Below, one piece after another: positions 1 to 9,689 of a stretch of 64,000 nt of DNA. This stretch comes from Candidatus Dormiibacterota bacterium. GTDB taxonomy: Bacteria; Chloroflexota; Dormibacteria; Aeolococcales; Aeolococcaceae. Numbering within the stretch: the stretch's first letter is position 1; each line of letters starts with the position of its first letter. A model generated the notes under the pieces. That model saw only the letters and a program-made list of their open reading frames with translations, was not told the origin of the DNA and ran no database searches. The position numbers and the translations under genes were made by a program. The DNA lies in contig CAVQVY010000024.1 of the NCBI GenBank assembly GCA_963717185.1, forward strand, positions 65,057-129,056, given 5' to 3'.

Positions 1-1074
1 CTGGCCACCGAGATGGAGCACCACGCCAACATGCTGCCGTGGCGCCGGCTGGGACCTGTCGAATACCTGCCGCCGCCAGCGTCCGCCGCTGCCCTCCTCA
101 ACTCGATGGAAGCGGCGCTGAGAGCCGCCGGCGGACGCATCGCGGTCGTGGCGGTGACGGGCGCGAGCAACGTGACCGGCGAGGTGATGCCGATCGCGGC
201 GATGGCCGGCCTCGCCCATGCGCACGGCGCGATCATCAGCGTCGACGCCGCTCAACTGGCTCCCCATCGCAGCATCGACATGGCTGCGCTTGACCTCGAC
301 TGCCTCGCGTTCAGTGGCCACAAGATGTACGCACCCTTCGGCGCCGGCGCGCTGGTGGTGCGCACCGACCTGGTGGACACGGCCGAGCCGCTGCTCGCCG
401 GTGGCGGTGCCGTCGACTTCGTCACCGTGGACGACGTGCTCTGGACGGGGATGCCGGATCGCCTCGAGGCGGGCAGCCCGAACGTCATTGGCGCGATCGC
501 GCTCGGGGTGGCGGCCACCACGCTGGCCACGGTGGGCATGGAACGGATCGCGGCGCACGAGCGCGAGCTGCTGGCACGCGTCCAGGCTGGCCTGAGCGAG
601 CTACCCCGGCTCAAGCTGCTGCGCTTGTGGGATGGCCCGGAGGTGGACCGGCTCGGCGTGGTCACGTTCACCGTCGAGGGCATGCACCACGCCCTGGTCG
701 CCGGCGCGCTGAGTGCGGAGCACGCGGTCGGCGTCCGTCATGGCTGTTTCTGCGCCCATCCCTACATCACCCACCTGCTCGGCATCGACGCCCTCGCCGC
801 GGACTCGGTCCGGAGCTCGCTGCGCCGGGGTGAGCGAGCCGGCATCCCGGGTGCGGTGCGTGCGTCCTTCGGGATCGGCACCAGCGAGCGCGATGTCGAC
901 GTGTTCGTCGCCGCGATGGCCGGGCTGCTCGAGCGAGGTCCGCGACTCGAGTACCGGCAGGACGAGCACACCGGTGACTTCGTGCCGGTCGGCGACGCCC
1001 GCACCTGGCCGAGCTTCGACGGGCTTCCATCGCTCGACACCGCCGGCCACTCCGCCGGCTGCGGGCAGTTCTGA
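1..1074 (+). CDS. Class V aminotransferase / cysteine desulfurase-like PLP enzyme (5' end outside window)
   Basis: ORF is open from the window edge to the stop at 1072-1074. Motif SGHKMYAPFGAGALV (PLP-lysine region of the class V fold) and strong GC3 bias. Confidence 0.8.
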   Translation: MATEMEHHANMLPWRRLGPVEYLPPPASAAALLNSMEAALRAAGGRIAVVAVTGASNVTGEVMPIAAMAGLAHAHGAIISVDAAQLAPHRSIDMAALDLDCLAFSGHKMYAPFGAGALVVRTDLVDTAEPLLAGGGAVDFVTVDDVLWTGMPDRLEAGSPNVIGAIALGVAATTLATVGMERIAAHERELLARVQAGLSELPRLKLLRLWDGPEVDRLGVVTFTVEGMHHALVAGALSAEHAVGVRHGCFCAHPYITHLLGIDALAADSVRSSLRRGERAGIPGAVRASFGIGTSERDVDVFVAAMAGLLERGPRLEYRQDEHTGDFVPVGDARTWPSFDGLPSLDTAGHSAGCGQF

Positions 1075-1075
1075 G

Positions 1076-3088
1076 TCAGTCGAGGAGCGCCGCCAGCGTC
1101 GCCGGCTCGGTGACCGGCCGCTGACAGGCGAAGTGCTCACAGACGTACGCCGCCGGGTGGCCGTCCACCAGCGGCCGGTCCGACAGCAGCTCGACCTCGG
1201 CAGTGCCCCAGGCCATGACCAGGTTCGGCGACCACCGCCGCAGCACTGTGTCAACGAGGGCTCGCGTGCGTTCGTCACCGGCCGCGCCGCTGATGGCGAC
1301 CTCGCGGGACGGCGCCTGGGCGCGGTCCATCGCGCAGGCCAGCGCGCTGACAGCGAGCGGCGAGCGCGCCACCACCGCGGCCAGTGGCCCCATGATGGTG
1401 TCCGCATGGTCACGCAGCCGGGTGTCGCCGGTGAGCGCCGCCAGCCGCAGCAGCGCCGACGCGAGCACGGACTGGCCGGCCGGCATGGGGTTGTCGTCGA
1501 TGGTCCGGGGGCGCACCAGCAGTGGTTGAGCGTCCGACGCCGTGTCGTACATCACTCCGCCGTCCTCGAAGCGCTCGATGGCGTCGTCGACGAGCTCCCG
1601 CGCCGCGGCCAGGAACGCCCCGTCCCCGCATGACTCGGTGAGCGTGATGAGCGCATCGGCGAGGAACGCGGAGTCCTCGAGGAACCCGGTGATCTTGGCC
1701 GAACCATCCTTCCAGGTGCGCAGCAGGACACCGGCGGGACGAAGCTCGGTGAGCAGGAAGCCGGCGCATCGCCTCGCGCTGTCGAGGTAGTCGGAGCGGC
1801 CGAGCGCGGCGCCCGCCTCGGCCAGCGCGGTGACCATCAGCGCGTTCCACGAGGTGATCACCTTGTCGTCGCGAGCCGGTGCGGTGCGGCGCCCGCGGGC
1901 CTCAAGCAGCTGCTGGCGAATGCCGTCGAGGCGCCGATCCAGCACCGCCTCATCGATGTCGAGGCTGCGCGCCACCCGGGCGATGGGGAACGGTTGCGAG
2001 AGAACCGTCGTCCCCGCTTCGAAGTTGCCGGCGTCGGTCACGCCGAAGAAGCGCGCTGCCAGGGCTCCGTCCTCATCGCCGAGCACCTCGTGCAGCTGCG
2101 ACGGCGTCCACGCGAAGTACGCTCCCTCTCCGCCTGGCGAGTCCGCATCCTGCGAGGACGCGAACCCCCCGCCGGGGAGGAGCAGCTCACGCAGCGCGTG
2201 GTCGAGCGTGTCCTCGGCGACGCGCCGCCAGCGCTGCTCGCCGCTGAGCTGGTACGCGTGGAGGTACACGCGGGCAAGCTGCGCGTTGTCGTACAGCATC
2301 TTCTCGAAGTGCGGGATCGACCACGTGGCGTCCACCGAGTACCGATGGAAGCCGCCGCCGACCTGGTCGTGGATGCCTCCGCGGGCCATGTGGTCGAGGG
2401 TCAGCACCACCGCCTCCAGCAGGCGAGCGTCATGGGTGGCGAGGTGGCGGCGGAGCAGGAAGTCGAGCGCCGCGGGGTGGGGGAATTTCGGTGCGGCGCC
2501 GAACCCGCCGTGGCGGGTGTCGACCTGCGAGGTGAGCTGCGCGGCAGCGGCGTCCAGGTTGGCTGCGGAGACCGAGCCGGGCGGAAGAGACGGCGGTTCG
2601 AGCGCGTGGCGCAGCTGCGCTGCGGCCTCGGTCACTTCATCGCGCCGGTCTCGGTACACACTCGCCGCGGCGCGGAGCACGTAGTCGAAACCGCGCAGGC
2701 CCTGGCGGTCGACCGGGGGGAAGTACGTCCCACCGAAATACGGTTCGCCGGTAGGGGTGAGGAACACCGTCATGGGCCAGCCGCCGTGGCCGCTGATGGC
2801 CACCACCGCCTGCATGTAGATGGAGTCGATGTCAGGCCGCTCCTCGCGGTCCACCTTGATGTTGACGAAGAGCTCGTTCATGAGGGCCGCGATCCGTTCG
2901 TCCTCGAAGGATTCGTGAGCCATCACATGGCACCAGTGGCACGCGCTGTAGCCGACGCTCAGCAGGACGGGGCGGTCCTCGGACCGCGCCCGCGCAAAAG
3001 CCTCGTCGCCCCAGGGATACCAGTCCACCGGGTTGCCGGCGTGCTGCAGAAGGTAGGGACTGGTCTCGCCGGCAAGTCGATTGCTCAC
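1076..3088 (-). CDS. Thioredoxin-domain protein, YyaL/DUF255 family
   Basis: N-terminal [25 protein letters not shown]...[18 protein letters not shown] is the DUF255 thioredoxin-like signature, followed by a long alpha-toroid-like C-terminal region. Start moved to GTG 3088 (VSNRLAGE); the ORF-track N-terminal extension has poor coding bias. Confidence 0.85.
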   Translation of the reverse strand: MSNRLAGETSPYLLQHAGNPVDWYPWGDEAFARARSEDRPVLLSVGYSACHWCHVMAHESFEDERIAALMNELFVNIKVDREERPDIDSIYMQAVVAISGHGGWPMTVFLTPTGEPYFGGTYFPPVDRQGLRGFDYVLRAAASVYRDRRDEVTEAAAQLRHALEPPSLPPGSVSAANLDAAAAQLTSQVDTRHGGFGAAPKFPHPAALDFLLRRHLATHDARLLEAVVLTLDHMARGGIHDQVGGGFHRYSVDATWSIPHFEKMLYDNAQLARVYLHAYQLSGEQRWRRVAEDTLDHALRELLLPGGGFASSQDADSPGGEGAYFAWTPSQLHEVLGDEDGALAARFFGVTDAGNFEAGTTVLSQPFPIARVARSLDIDEAVLDRRLDGIRQQLLEARGRRTAPARDDKVITSWNALMVTALAEAGAALGRSDYLDSARRCAGFLLTELRPAGVLLRTWKDGSAKITGFLEDSAFLADALITLTESCGDGAFLAAARELVDDAIERFEDGGVMYDTASDAQPLLVRPRTIDDNPMPAGQSVLASALLRLAALTGDTRLRDHADTIMGPLAAVVARSPLAVSALACAMDRAQAPSREVAISGAAGDERTRALVDTVLRRWSPNLVMAWGTAEVELLSDRPLVDGHPAAYVCEHFACQRPVTEPATLAALLD

Positions 3089-3203
3089 CGCGCCGACGCT
3101 AGCAGACCGCCGTCGGTGGACCGGGAGCGAGCGATCGTGACCCAAAACGGGCCGCGGCGTGTGAAAGTGCGCGCGTGGACCCGCTCGCGCAGGAGGCAAT
3201 CGC

Positions 3204-3674
3204 ATGACCGAGGGAATGGATGCCGCGGCCGGCACGCACCGCCCCATCTTCGTGCACATACCGCACCCACGGATCCGTCAGCGCCAGCAGGAGGGGCCGC
3301 CGACCACCGCCGCCGAGCGGGCAAAGCTCGGCTTCAACGGCAAGATCGGTGTGTTCATCACCACCGTGGTCGGGACGATGTGGGCCGCGTACATCTTCAC
3401 CGTCCTCGCCTTGATCAGCCTGCCCGGCGCCATCAACAGCGGCAACACGGTGATCATCATCGCCTGGATCGCCCAGACCTTCCTGCAGCTGGTGCTGCTG
3501 CCGATCATCATCGTGGGACAGAACGTGCAGTCCGCGGCGGCCGACAAGCGCTCAGAGCAGACCTACGGCGATGCCGAGGCCATCCTCCACGAGTGCCTGC
3601 AGCTCCAGGCTCACCTTCAGGCGCAGGACAAGATCCTCGACGACCTGATGACCCGGTTCGGCAGGACCGCCTAG
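3204..3674 (+). CDS. Small two-TM membrane protein, DUF1003-like (tentative)
   Basis: Two hydrophobic helices, then [20 protein letters not shown] and a C-terminal coiled segment. This resembles the DUF1003 QNRQ...D.R layout. Family call is from memory only. Confidence 0.45.
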   Translation: MTEGMDAAAGTHRPIFVHIPHPRIRQRQQEGPPTTAAERAKLGFNGKIGVFITTVVGTMWAAYIFTVLALISLPGAINSGNTVIIIAWIAQTFLQLVLLPIIIVGQNVQSAAADKRSEQTYGDAEAILHECLQLQAHLQAQDKILDDLMTRFGRTA

Positions 3675-3675
3675 G

Positions 3676-6027
3676 TCAGCTCGCCCGCGGCGCGGAGGAT
3701 CGGGGTTGTCCGGCGGGCGGCATCGGCAGCACTCGCGGACGGCGCTGGCGAGAGCGCACCGCCTCGGAGGGCCGCCCCGATGACGAGGCGACGACCTGCG
3801 CGAGCAGCGCGTCGGTCGCCTCGACACCGAGTGGCCGGCCGAGCAGGAAGCCCTGACCACGCACGTTGCCGAACATGGTGATGATCGACGCTTGCCCGGC
3901 CGTCTCGATCCCCTCGACGACCACCTGGAGCGAGAGGATCTCCGCCATCCGCACGATGCTCTCGAGGAAGGCGGAGGCCGTGGGATCGGTAACGATGGTG
4001 TCGACGAACATCTTGTCGACCTTGATGGTGTCGACGGGAAGGCGGCGCAGCAAGGCCAGCGACGAGTGGCCGGTGCCGAAGTCGTCGATGGCGATGGAGA
4101 CGCCGAGCGCATGCAGTGCGTGGAGCCGCTGGATAGCGGTCTCGACGTCGATCATCACCGCGCCCTCGGTGATCTCGAGCACGAGGTCGGTGCCTTTCAG
4201 GCCCGATCGTTCCAGCGAGCGAGCCACGTCCTGCACGAAGCGGTTGTCGCGGAGCTGACGCGGCGAGACGTTCACCGACACGGTCAGGCCGCTCAGAGCG
4301 GGGCCGAGCTGCTGCCAGCGGCGCGCCTGCGTGCACGCCTCGTCGAGCGTCCACCTGCCGAGGGCCGCGATCTGGCCCGTCTCCTCGGCGAGCGAGATGA
4401 AGTCGAGCGGGCTCATCAAGCCGCGCTCAGGGTGACGCCAGCGGATCAACGCCTCGAGGCCGACCACCCGGCGGTCGACGAGGTCGAAGATCGGTTGGTA
4501 GTCGAGGTGCATCTCGCCGCGGGACGTCGCCCCGTGCATGGCCGTCTCGAAATCGATGCGCTCCAACGCAGCGGCGTGCATGCTCGGCTCGAAGACGACG
4601 TACCCGCCACCCTTGCCGAACTTGGCGCGGTACATCGCTGTATCGGCGTCACGGAGCATGTTGCCCGCCTCCGCGCGACCACCCTGGTCGAGCGCGATCC
4701 CGATGCTGGTCGCAGCGGAGACCTCGCGGAAGTCGAGCACGAACGACGGCTCCATGGCCGCGAGGATCCGCTCGGCGATGCCCACCGCCCCTGCGCGATC
4801 GCAGTGGGCGAGGATGGCGAACTCGTCGCCGCCGAGCCGGGAGGCCGTGTCCTCGTCCCGTAGGCAGCCGCGCAGCCGCTCGCCGACGGTGACCAGGAGC
4901 TGGTCCCCGGCAGCGTGGCCGAGGCTGTCGTTGATCGTCTTGAACCGGTCGAGGTCCAGGAAGAGCACGGCGACATGGCCGCGGCGCCGCCGGGCGCGGA
5001 TCAGTGCCTGGTCGAGTCGCTCGAGGAAAAGGCTTCGGTTGGGAAGCCCGGTGAGCTCATCGTGGAACGCCAGCCTCTGGATGTGCTCCACGCGCTTGGC
5101 GTCGGTGATGGCCAGGCTGGCGTGCTCAGAGAGCGCGGTGAGCATCTCCTGCTCGACGGGGCCGAAGACCAGGTCCGCGCGCTTGGTGGCAACGGTGATC
5201 GACCCGGTCACGATGTCACCATCGCGGACCGGTGCTGCCATGGCGCGCCTGATGCTCTCGCCGGCGAGCGGCGTCAGGGCTTCCGGTGACTGTCCGTAGT
5301 TCTCGATGAGCACCAGGCGCTGCTCGGCGACAGCGCGCCCGCCGGCCCCCGCGCCGACGCTGGAGCGCTGCAGCGCCGCGGCGACGTCGGGTGGCAGGCC
5401 CTCGTGAGCGTGCAGGATCATCTCGCGCGGAGAGCTGGGATCCACCAGGCGCACCGCAGCAATCTCGACGTCGAGGAGCTCGCGAGCGGCCTGCGTGATG
5501 GTGCTGAGCACGTCGGCGAGGGGAACGCGGCTGGTGATGCTGCGCTGAATCGTCGCCAGCCGTTCGAGAAGAGCCTGGCGCTGCTGCAGGTGGCCGCTCA
5601 TGGTGCGCTCCGCTGACAGCGCACGGAACAGCCGGAGCGTGAGCGTCAGCGAGCGCGCCGCGGCGCGGAGGAGTCCGATCTCCTCACGGCTGAACGCGTC
5701 GGTGCCGGCCCGGGCCACGACGAAGTCGACCGCTGACTCGAACTCCAGGCGCGTCGACGCGAGACGGCAGGCTCCCAGGCCCTCGACCTCGAACACCTCA
5801 CAGCCGCCGGCGACCGCCTCCGCGAGCGCCGACGGAACGCCTCCACGGGGAAACCCGACCGCTGCCAGCGTGACCCCGTCCTCGATGATGACGCCGATCT
5901 CGGCCTCGAGCGCCTCGGTTGCCCAGTCGAGCGCGCGTCGCGTGGCAGCTTCTTCGTCCGCGGCCCCGGTGATGGCCGCGACGAACTCCGCCAGCCGGGG
6001 GGTGGACCAGCGGTCAGCGGTTTCCAC
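3676..6027 (-). CDS. GAF-GGDEF-EAL c-di-GMP turnover protein
   Basis: FHDELTGLPNRSLF, the GGDEFAIL active-site motif, and EALIRW plus later EITE/DDFGTGHSSL EAL motifs, with N-terminal GAF-like region(s). Intact 783-aa ORF. Confidence 0.9.
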   Translation of the reverse strand: METADRWSTPRLAEFVAAITGAADEEAATRRALDWATEALEAEIGVIIEDGVTLAAVGFPRGGVPSALAEAVAGGCEVFEVEGLGACRLASTRLEFESAVDFVVARAGTDAFSREEIGLLRAAARSLTLTLRLFRALSAERTMSGHLQQRQALLERLATIQRSITSRVPLADVLSTITQAARELLDVEIAAVRLVDPSSPREMILHAHEGLPPDVAAALQRSSVGAGAGGRAVAEQRLVLIENYGQSPEALTPLAGESIRRAMAAPVRDGDIVTGSITVATKRADLVFGPVEQEMLTALSEHASLAITDAKRVEHIQRLAFHDELTGLPNRSLFLERLDQALIRARRRRGHVAVLFLDLDRFKTINDSLGHAAGDQLLVTVGERLRGCLRDEDTASRLGGDEFAILAHCDRAGAVGIAERILAAMEPSFVLDFREVSAATSIGIALDQGGRAEAGNMLRDADTAMYRAKFGKGGGYVVFEPSMHAAALERIDFETAMHGATSRGEMHLDYQPIFDLVDRRVVGLEALIRWRHPERGLMSPLDFISLAEETGQIAALGRWTLDEACTQARRWQQLGPALSGLTVSVNVSPRQLRDNRFVQDVARSLERSGLKGTDLVLEITEGAVMIDVETAIQRLHALHALGVSIAIDDFGTGHSSLALLRRLPVDTIKVDKMFVDTIVTDPTASAFLESIVRMAEILSLQVVVEGIETAGQASIITMFGNVRGQGFLLGRPLGVEATDALLAQVVASSSGRPSEAVRSRQRRPRVLPMPPAGQPRSSAPRAS

Positions 6028-7233
6028 TCACGCGAGCGCGAGCACGACGAGGGTCTGGTTGTGGAACCCGTTGACCCCGTGCGTTCGTGCGATCTCCCCG
6101 TAGGTGTAGAACCCCGCCACCGGGCCCTGGGCATGACCGGCGATGCGGTCGACCTCGCGCTTGATGCCGGCGTCACCGAGGACTCCGCGGCGGGCGATGC
6201 AGTCGAATGCGAGCATCCCCAGCGGTGCGCGGTCACCCAGCGCGCTGAGCGCCTGCTCGCAGGCAGCGTCGGTGGCGGTGAGGACTGACTCGTCGTCGCC
6301 CTCCATCATCCACACCAGCGCGCCCTGGGGCACCGCGGCGATGCAGTTGAGCGAGCGGTCCTCGAGGTTGGCGCCGGCGATGAACCTGACCTCCTCGCCG
6401 GAGCGCCGGGAGAGCCCGAGAGGATGGGTGAGCGCGAACCGGGTGAACTCGGCAGGCGAGCTGTGCGCCTCTGCCGGCGGCTTGAGCCGTTCGAGGTAGA
6501 CGTCCAGCGCGGGCTGGTCATCGAGGGTGACCACCTTGCTGCCCTCGGAGCCGGTCACCAGCATCGGTTCGCCGATCCGCCGCCAGCCGTGCTGGACCCC
6601 GATGCCCAGCGGCGAGTCCGAGGCCAGCCAGGCGCCCACGACCGCATCGCCGAGCACCTCGTCGTTCCAGAGCTGCTGGGTGCGCACCATCTTGAGGTCG
6701 TCGCCTGCGCAGCCGCCGACCAGCGGGATGGCGGCGCCCATCACCGAGTAGGCGCCGCGCACCACCTCGGTCTGGTCGCCGGCGAGCCCGTCGGTGAGCA
6801 GCAGCAGGGCCTGGTGAGGATGATCGAGAGAGTTGCCGGCGCACGCCGCGACCTCGGCGCCGGCGTCGCGCAGACGTGTCGAGACCGAGCGCGCCACGGC
6901 GGTGCGGGCCACGAACCCGGGCCCGCCCAGCGCCACCACGACGACCCCGGCGTCCCCCGGACCCGCGGTGGCGATCTCGCCGGACGTCGAACACCCGATC
7001 AGCGGGATGTCCGCGGTGCGCCGTCGGATGCCTCGCAGGAGCGCCGCCAGGTCATGGGACGCCGAGGCAAAGACGAGGACGAGGCGGCCGTCGGCTCCGA
7101 GCATCGCGTCGGCCGCCGCCTGCTCACCGGCCTCCTCAGAGGCGGTCACCGCCGAGGTTCCGACCCCGAACCAGCGGGTGGAGGTGCCCGGGTCTGTGGA
7201 GGTCTCCTCGTCCTCACGAAGCTGGATCTGCAT
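6028..7233 (-). CDS. FIST-domain sensory protein
   Basis: FIST_N/FIST_C-like layout (LLLTDGLAGDQTEVVRGAY...IPLVGGCAGDDL...GFYTYGEI). AAGGAGAG Shine-Dalgarno 9 nt upstream. Its stop at 6028 abuts the GGDEF-EAL start at 6027. Confidence 0.8.
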   Translation of the reverse strand: MQIQLREDEETSTDPGTSTRWFGVGTSAVTASEEAGEQAAADAMLGADGRLVLVFASASHDLAALLRGIRRRTADIPLIGCSTSGEIATAGPGDAGVVVVALGGPGFVARTAVARSVSTRLRDAGAEVAACAGNSLDHPHQALLLLTDGLAGDQTEVVRGAYSVMGAAIPLVGGCAGDDLKMVRTQQLWNDEVLGDAVVGAWLASDSPLGIGVQHGWRRIGEPMLVTGSEGSKVVTLDDQPALDVYLERLKPPAEAHSSPAEFTRFALTHPLGLSRRSGEEVRFIAGANLEDRSLNCIAAVPQGALVWMMEGDDESVLTATDAACEQALSALGDRAPLGMLAFDCIARRGVLGDAGIKREVDRIAGHAQGPVAGFYTYGEIARTHGVNGFHNQTLVVLALA

Positions 7234-7359
7234 GTCAGGAGCTCTCCTTGGCGCTGCGTTGGGCGGCTTCGCCGAGTATGTGATGGCCCCAACGTGCCAA
7301 CCGGGTCACCCCTGAGGCGTTGTCGCCTTGGAACAGCGATGCGACGGTGGGTCGCCGTC

Positions 7360-7405
7360 CTGCAGGCGGTCCAACAGGGCCCGAGCCCACGACGACCGCC
7401 TGCAG
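7360..7405 (-). terminator. Hairpin immediately downstream of ssb (12-bp perfect stem, 22-nt loop)
   Basis: CTGCAGGCGGTC (7360-7371) is the exact reverse complement of GACCGCCTGCAG (7394-7405). It begins 2 nt after the ssb stop. There is no U-tract. Confidence 0.5.
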
Positions 7406-7406
7406 C

Positions 7407-7853
7407 TCAGGACGCGGACGCCGCCGCGGCGCGCTCCCGGCGGCGCGGCGAGCTCGGTCGAACGGCCGATCCACCGGACTCTTCGGAGGGATCCGCGGCG
7501 GCCCCGTCATCGACCTCCTCGCCCCCGGACGGAGGACGGTCGAGGAGCTTCATGGTCTCGGCGACGATCTCGGTCGAGTGGCGGCGCAGCCCGTCACTGC
7601 CGTCGTATTCGCGGGTGCGCAACCGGCCCTCGATGTACACCCGGCGGCCCTTGAGGCAGTAGGTCGCGCACACCTCGCCGAGCTTGCCGAACGCCACCAC
7701 GCTGTGGAACTCCGCGCTCTCCTGCCGAGCGCCGTCCGCGTCGCGCCAGCTGGTGTTGGTGGCGATGCGCATCCGGGTCAGAGTCGTCGCCGGCCCGGTG
7801 GTGGACTCCGCGTCTCGGGTGAGGTTGCCGACCAGGATGACTCGGTTGACCAT
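7407..7853 (-). CDS. ssb: Single-stranded DNA-binding protein (no canonical acidic C-terminal tip)
   Basis: MVNRVILVGNLTRDAE...RMRIATN...FHSVVAFGKLGEVCATYCLKGRRVYIEGRLRTREY is a typical OB-fold SSB. GAAGGAGGAG Shine-Dalgarno 6 nt upstream of ATG 7853. The tail ends RRRERAAAASAS rather than D-D-x-P-F. Confidence 0.9.
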   Translation of the reverse strand: MVNRVILVGNLTRDAESTTGPATTLTRMRIATNTSWRDADGARQESAEFHSVVAFGKLGEVCATYCLKGRRVYIEGRLRTREYDGSDGLRRHSTEIVAETMKLLDRPPSGGEEVDDGAAADPSEESGGSAVRPSSPRRRERAAAASAS

Positions 7854-7915
7854 TGCTGCTCCTCCTTCGACTGTGCCTGTGCGTGGTTGATGAGTCCTAT
7901 GCAAGTCCCGGCTGC

Positions 7916-8863
7916 TCATGCCGCCTTTCGTGGGGCGTGGTGGTGGGTGGGCATCAACGCGTGCTTGGCCGAGCGCTCGATCGTGTGCAGCATCGTGTGT
8001 GCCTTGCTCTCGAGGTGCGTCGACGTGTTCATCGCGCCGGGCACCTTGAGCAGTAGCCACAGGGTCGCCAATGCATAGACGGTGCTGATCAGCCCGCCGT
8101 TGGAGTCGAACTCCGTGGTGACTGCAACTCGCAGGATCACCAGCTGGACCGCCTGCATGAACACCGTCCCGAGGAAGAGCCGCAGCCAGGTGCGGGCGTG
8201 GCTTCGGGTGTCCGGCATCACCGTGAGCAGCGCGGCGAGCGGTGCGGTGACGACCAGGATGTTGAGGAGAGCGGTGCGGATCACATACGCGAGCACCAGG
8301 ATCGCCATGGCCACGACAAGTGCCACCGCCAGCAGCGCCTGGAAAAGGTCCTGCCCGCTGATGAGGCGCGCGATCGTCTCCGGTGCCAGGCTCGGTGACC
8401 ATGGCAGCGTGTCGCTGTTGAGCGGACCGCCGAGCGAGAGCGCGACGCTCCCCAGCGCGTTGTTGAGGTCGATGGCCATCTGCATGAACAGCAGCGAGCC
8501 ATGCGCGAGCACCACGGCGAGAAGGACCCGCGGGAGCACCGCCTTGAGGTCGTACCGCGAGCGCATCGACCGCTCGAAGATGCTGCGCAGCGAGGTGAGC
8601 AGGATGACCAGGCCGATCATCGCGTCCACGGCCAGGGCCAGCCCGAGGTTGAGGTTGGCGAGGTTCGGGTTGGCGGTGACCGGGCGATTGCCCGAGACGG
8701 TGGGGTCGACGGTGCGGAAGAGGAAGCGATCCAGCACGCCGCCCATGTCGACGCGGGCCACGGAGACGAGGTGACCCAGCAGCCCGACCAGCGACTGCAG
8801 GATGAACCCGACGGGGTCGGTGACCGCGTGGGCGCCGTTGACGATGCCGTTGATGATCGACAT
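7916..8863 (-). CDS. Polytopic membrane protein, VirB6/TrbL-like (tentative)
   Basis: 315 aa with at least 6 predicted TM helices separated by short loops and a hydrophilic C-terminal tail. It starts 1 nt after the upstream 79-aa gene. Size and topology match T4SS VirB6/TrbL proteins. No HMM was run. Confidence 0.5.
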   Translation of the reverse strand: MSIINGIVNGAHAVTDPVGFILQSLVGLLGHLVSVARVDMGGVLDRFLFRTVDPTVSGNRPVTANPNLANLNLGLALAVDAMIGLVILLTSLRSIFERSMRSRYDLKAVLPRVLLAVVLAHGSLLFMQMAIDLNNALGSVALSLGGPLNSDTLPWSPSLAPETIARLISGQDLFQALLAVALVVAMAILVLAYVIRTALLNILVVTAPLAALLTVMPDTRSHARTWLRLFLGTVFMQAVQLVILRVAVTTEFDSNGGLISTVYALATLWLLLKVPGAMNTSTHLESKAHTMLHTIERSAKHALMPTHHHAPRKAA

Positions 8864-8864
8864 G

Positions 8865-9104
8865 TCAGTGGACGCCGCCCGGGATGCTCGAGATGATCGC
8901 GTGGGTCAGCGTGCCGGCGACCTCGACGCCGATGGTGCCGAACACGATGCGGCCGATCCAGCGCTTGGCCTCCATCACGCTGCGCGGATCGACGGCGACG
9001 ATCTTGTACATGAAGGCGATCAGGAACGCGAGCGCACCGATGCTGCCGATCAGCCCCTGCGCCAGCAGGATCCAGTTGTCGACGAGGCCCTTGAGCTGCG
9101 ACAT
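8865..9104 (-). CDS. 79-aa two-TM protein, VirB2/TrbC pilin-like (tentative)
   Basis: Two hydrophobic helices (WILLAQGLIGSIGALAFLIAFMY; IGRIVFGTIGVEVAGTLTHAII). GGAGG Shine-Dalgarno 8 nt upstream. First gene of a three-gene operon. Confidence 0.4.
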   Translation of the reverse strand: MSQLKGLVDNWILLAQGLIGSIGALAFLIAFMYKIVAVDPRSVMEAKRWIGRIVFGTIGVEVAGTLTHAIISSIPGGVH

Positions 9105-9174
9105 CAGGGCGACCTCCGAACCGCGGATGACGGTCGCCCCTCCGGCCGGCCGGTCAGCGACCGGCGCGCCCCGC

Positions 9175-9204
9175 AGTGTACCTACACTAGTTTGTGTATG
9201 TCAA
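9175..9204 (-). promoter_or_regulatory. Sigma-70-type promoter TTGACA-N18-TACACT for the 9104-7407 operon
   Basis: Minus strand reads TTGACA (9204-9199), an 18-nt spacer containing the imperfect palindrome TACAC..GTGTA, then TACACT (9180-9175). It lies in a locally AT-richer gap about 70 nt upstream of ATG 9104. Confidence 0.5.
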
Positions 9205-9237
9205 CACGCGTGGCCGTACCCCTGCTGGTCGAGCCGG

Positions 9238-9651
9238 CTATTGACCGCGGCCCCCGAGTCGCTGGTTCTGCAGCGCAACCGCCTGCTTCCACTTCAATGG
9301 GAGGTGCCGTCCCAGCACCTTGAAATGGACGAAGACGCTCGCCGACCGCATATCGTCCGCAAACTTCTTGGACGCTGCTCCGTGGTCGGCGGAGCTGATG
9401 AACGCGCGCAGGCTGGCGTCGTCCTGCCAGGCCGACAGGGTGTAGAACTCCAGCCTGAACAGGTTCGCGCCCAACGACCATCCGACGATCCCGGGGGCGG
9501 TATTGGCCTGCTTCATGATCCTCCGCGACTGCATGAAGAAGGCTGGCAGGCGCAACGGCGACCGGAGGAAGAAGCGCGACGTGAAGGCGACGTATTCCCG
9601 CTCCGGCTCAGCGGCCGCGATCCGTTTCCAGGGTTGCGGGGGCGGGAACAT
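9238..9651 (-). CDS. Hypothetical protein, ABM-like (dimeric alpha/beta-barrel) fold suspected
   Basis: Intact 137-aa ORF with good GC3 bias. The segment FYTLSAWQDDASLRAFISSADH resembles the ABM-family core. Family uncertain. Confidence 0.45.
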   Translation of the reverse strand: MFPPPQPWKRIAAAEPEREYVAFTSRFFLRSPLRLPAFFMQSRRIMKQANTAPGIVGWSLGANLFRLEFYTLSAWQDDASLRAFISSADHGAASKKFADDMRSASVFVHFKVLGRHLPLKWKQAVALQNQRLGGRGQ

Positions 9652-9689
9652 ACCGCGTAATTAAGCGCCTCTGGCGTGTCGGTCGGCGG

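Noticed and set aside
1994-3856. A 620-aa plus-strand ORF.
   Set aside because: It runs antisense through the YyaL/DUF255 gene and then across an intergenic region. Its translation is Arg/Ala/Gly-rich low complexity with no motifs. It is a GC-driven shadow ORF.
7235-7510. A 91-aa ORF in the ssb-FIST spacer.
   Set aside because: It overlaps the 3' end of ssb in another frame and spans the terminator hairpin. It has mixed third-position composition and no Shine-Dalgarno.
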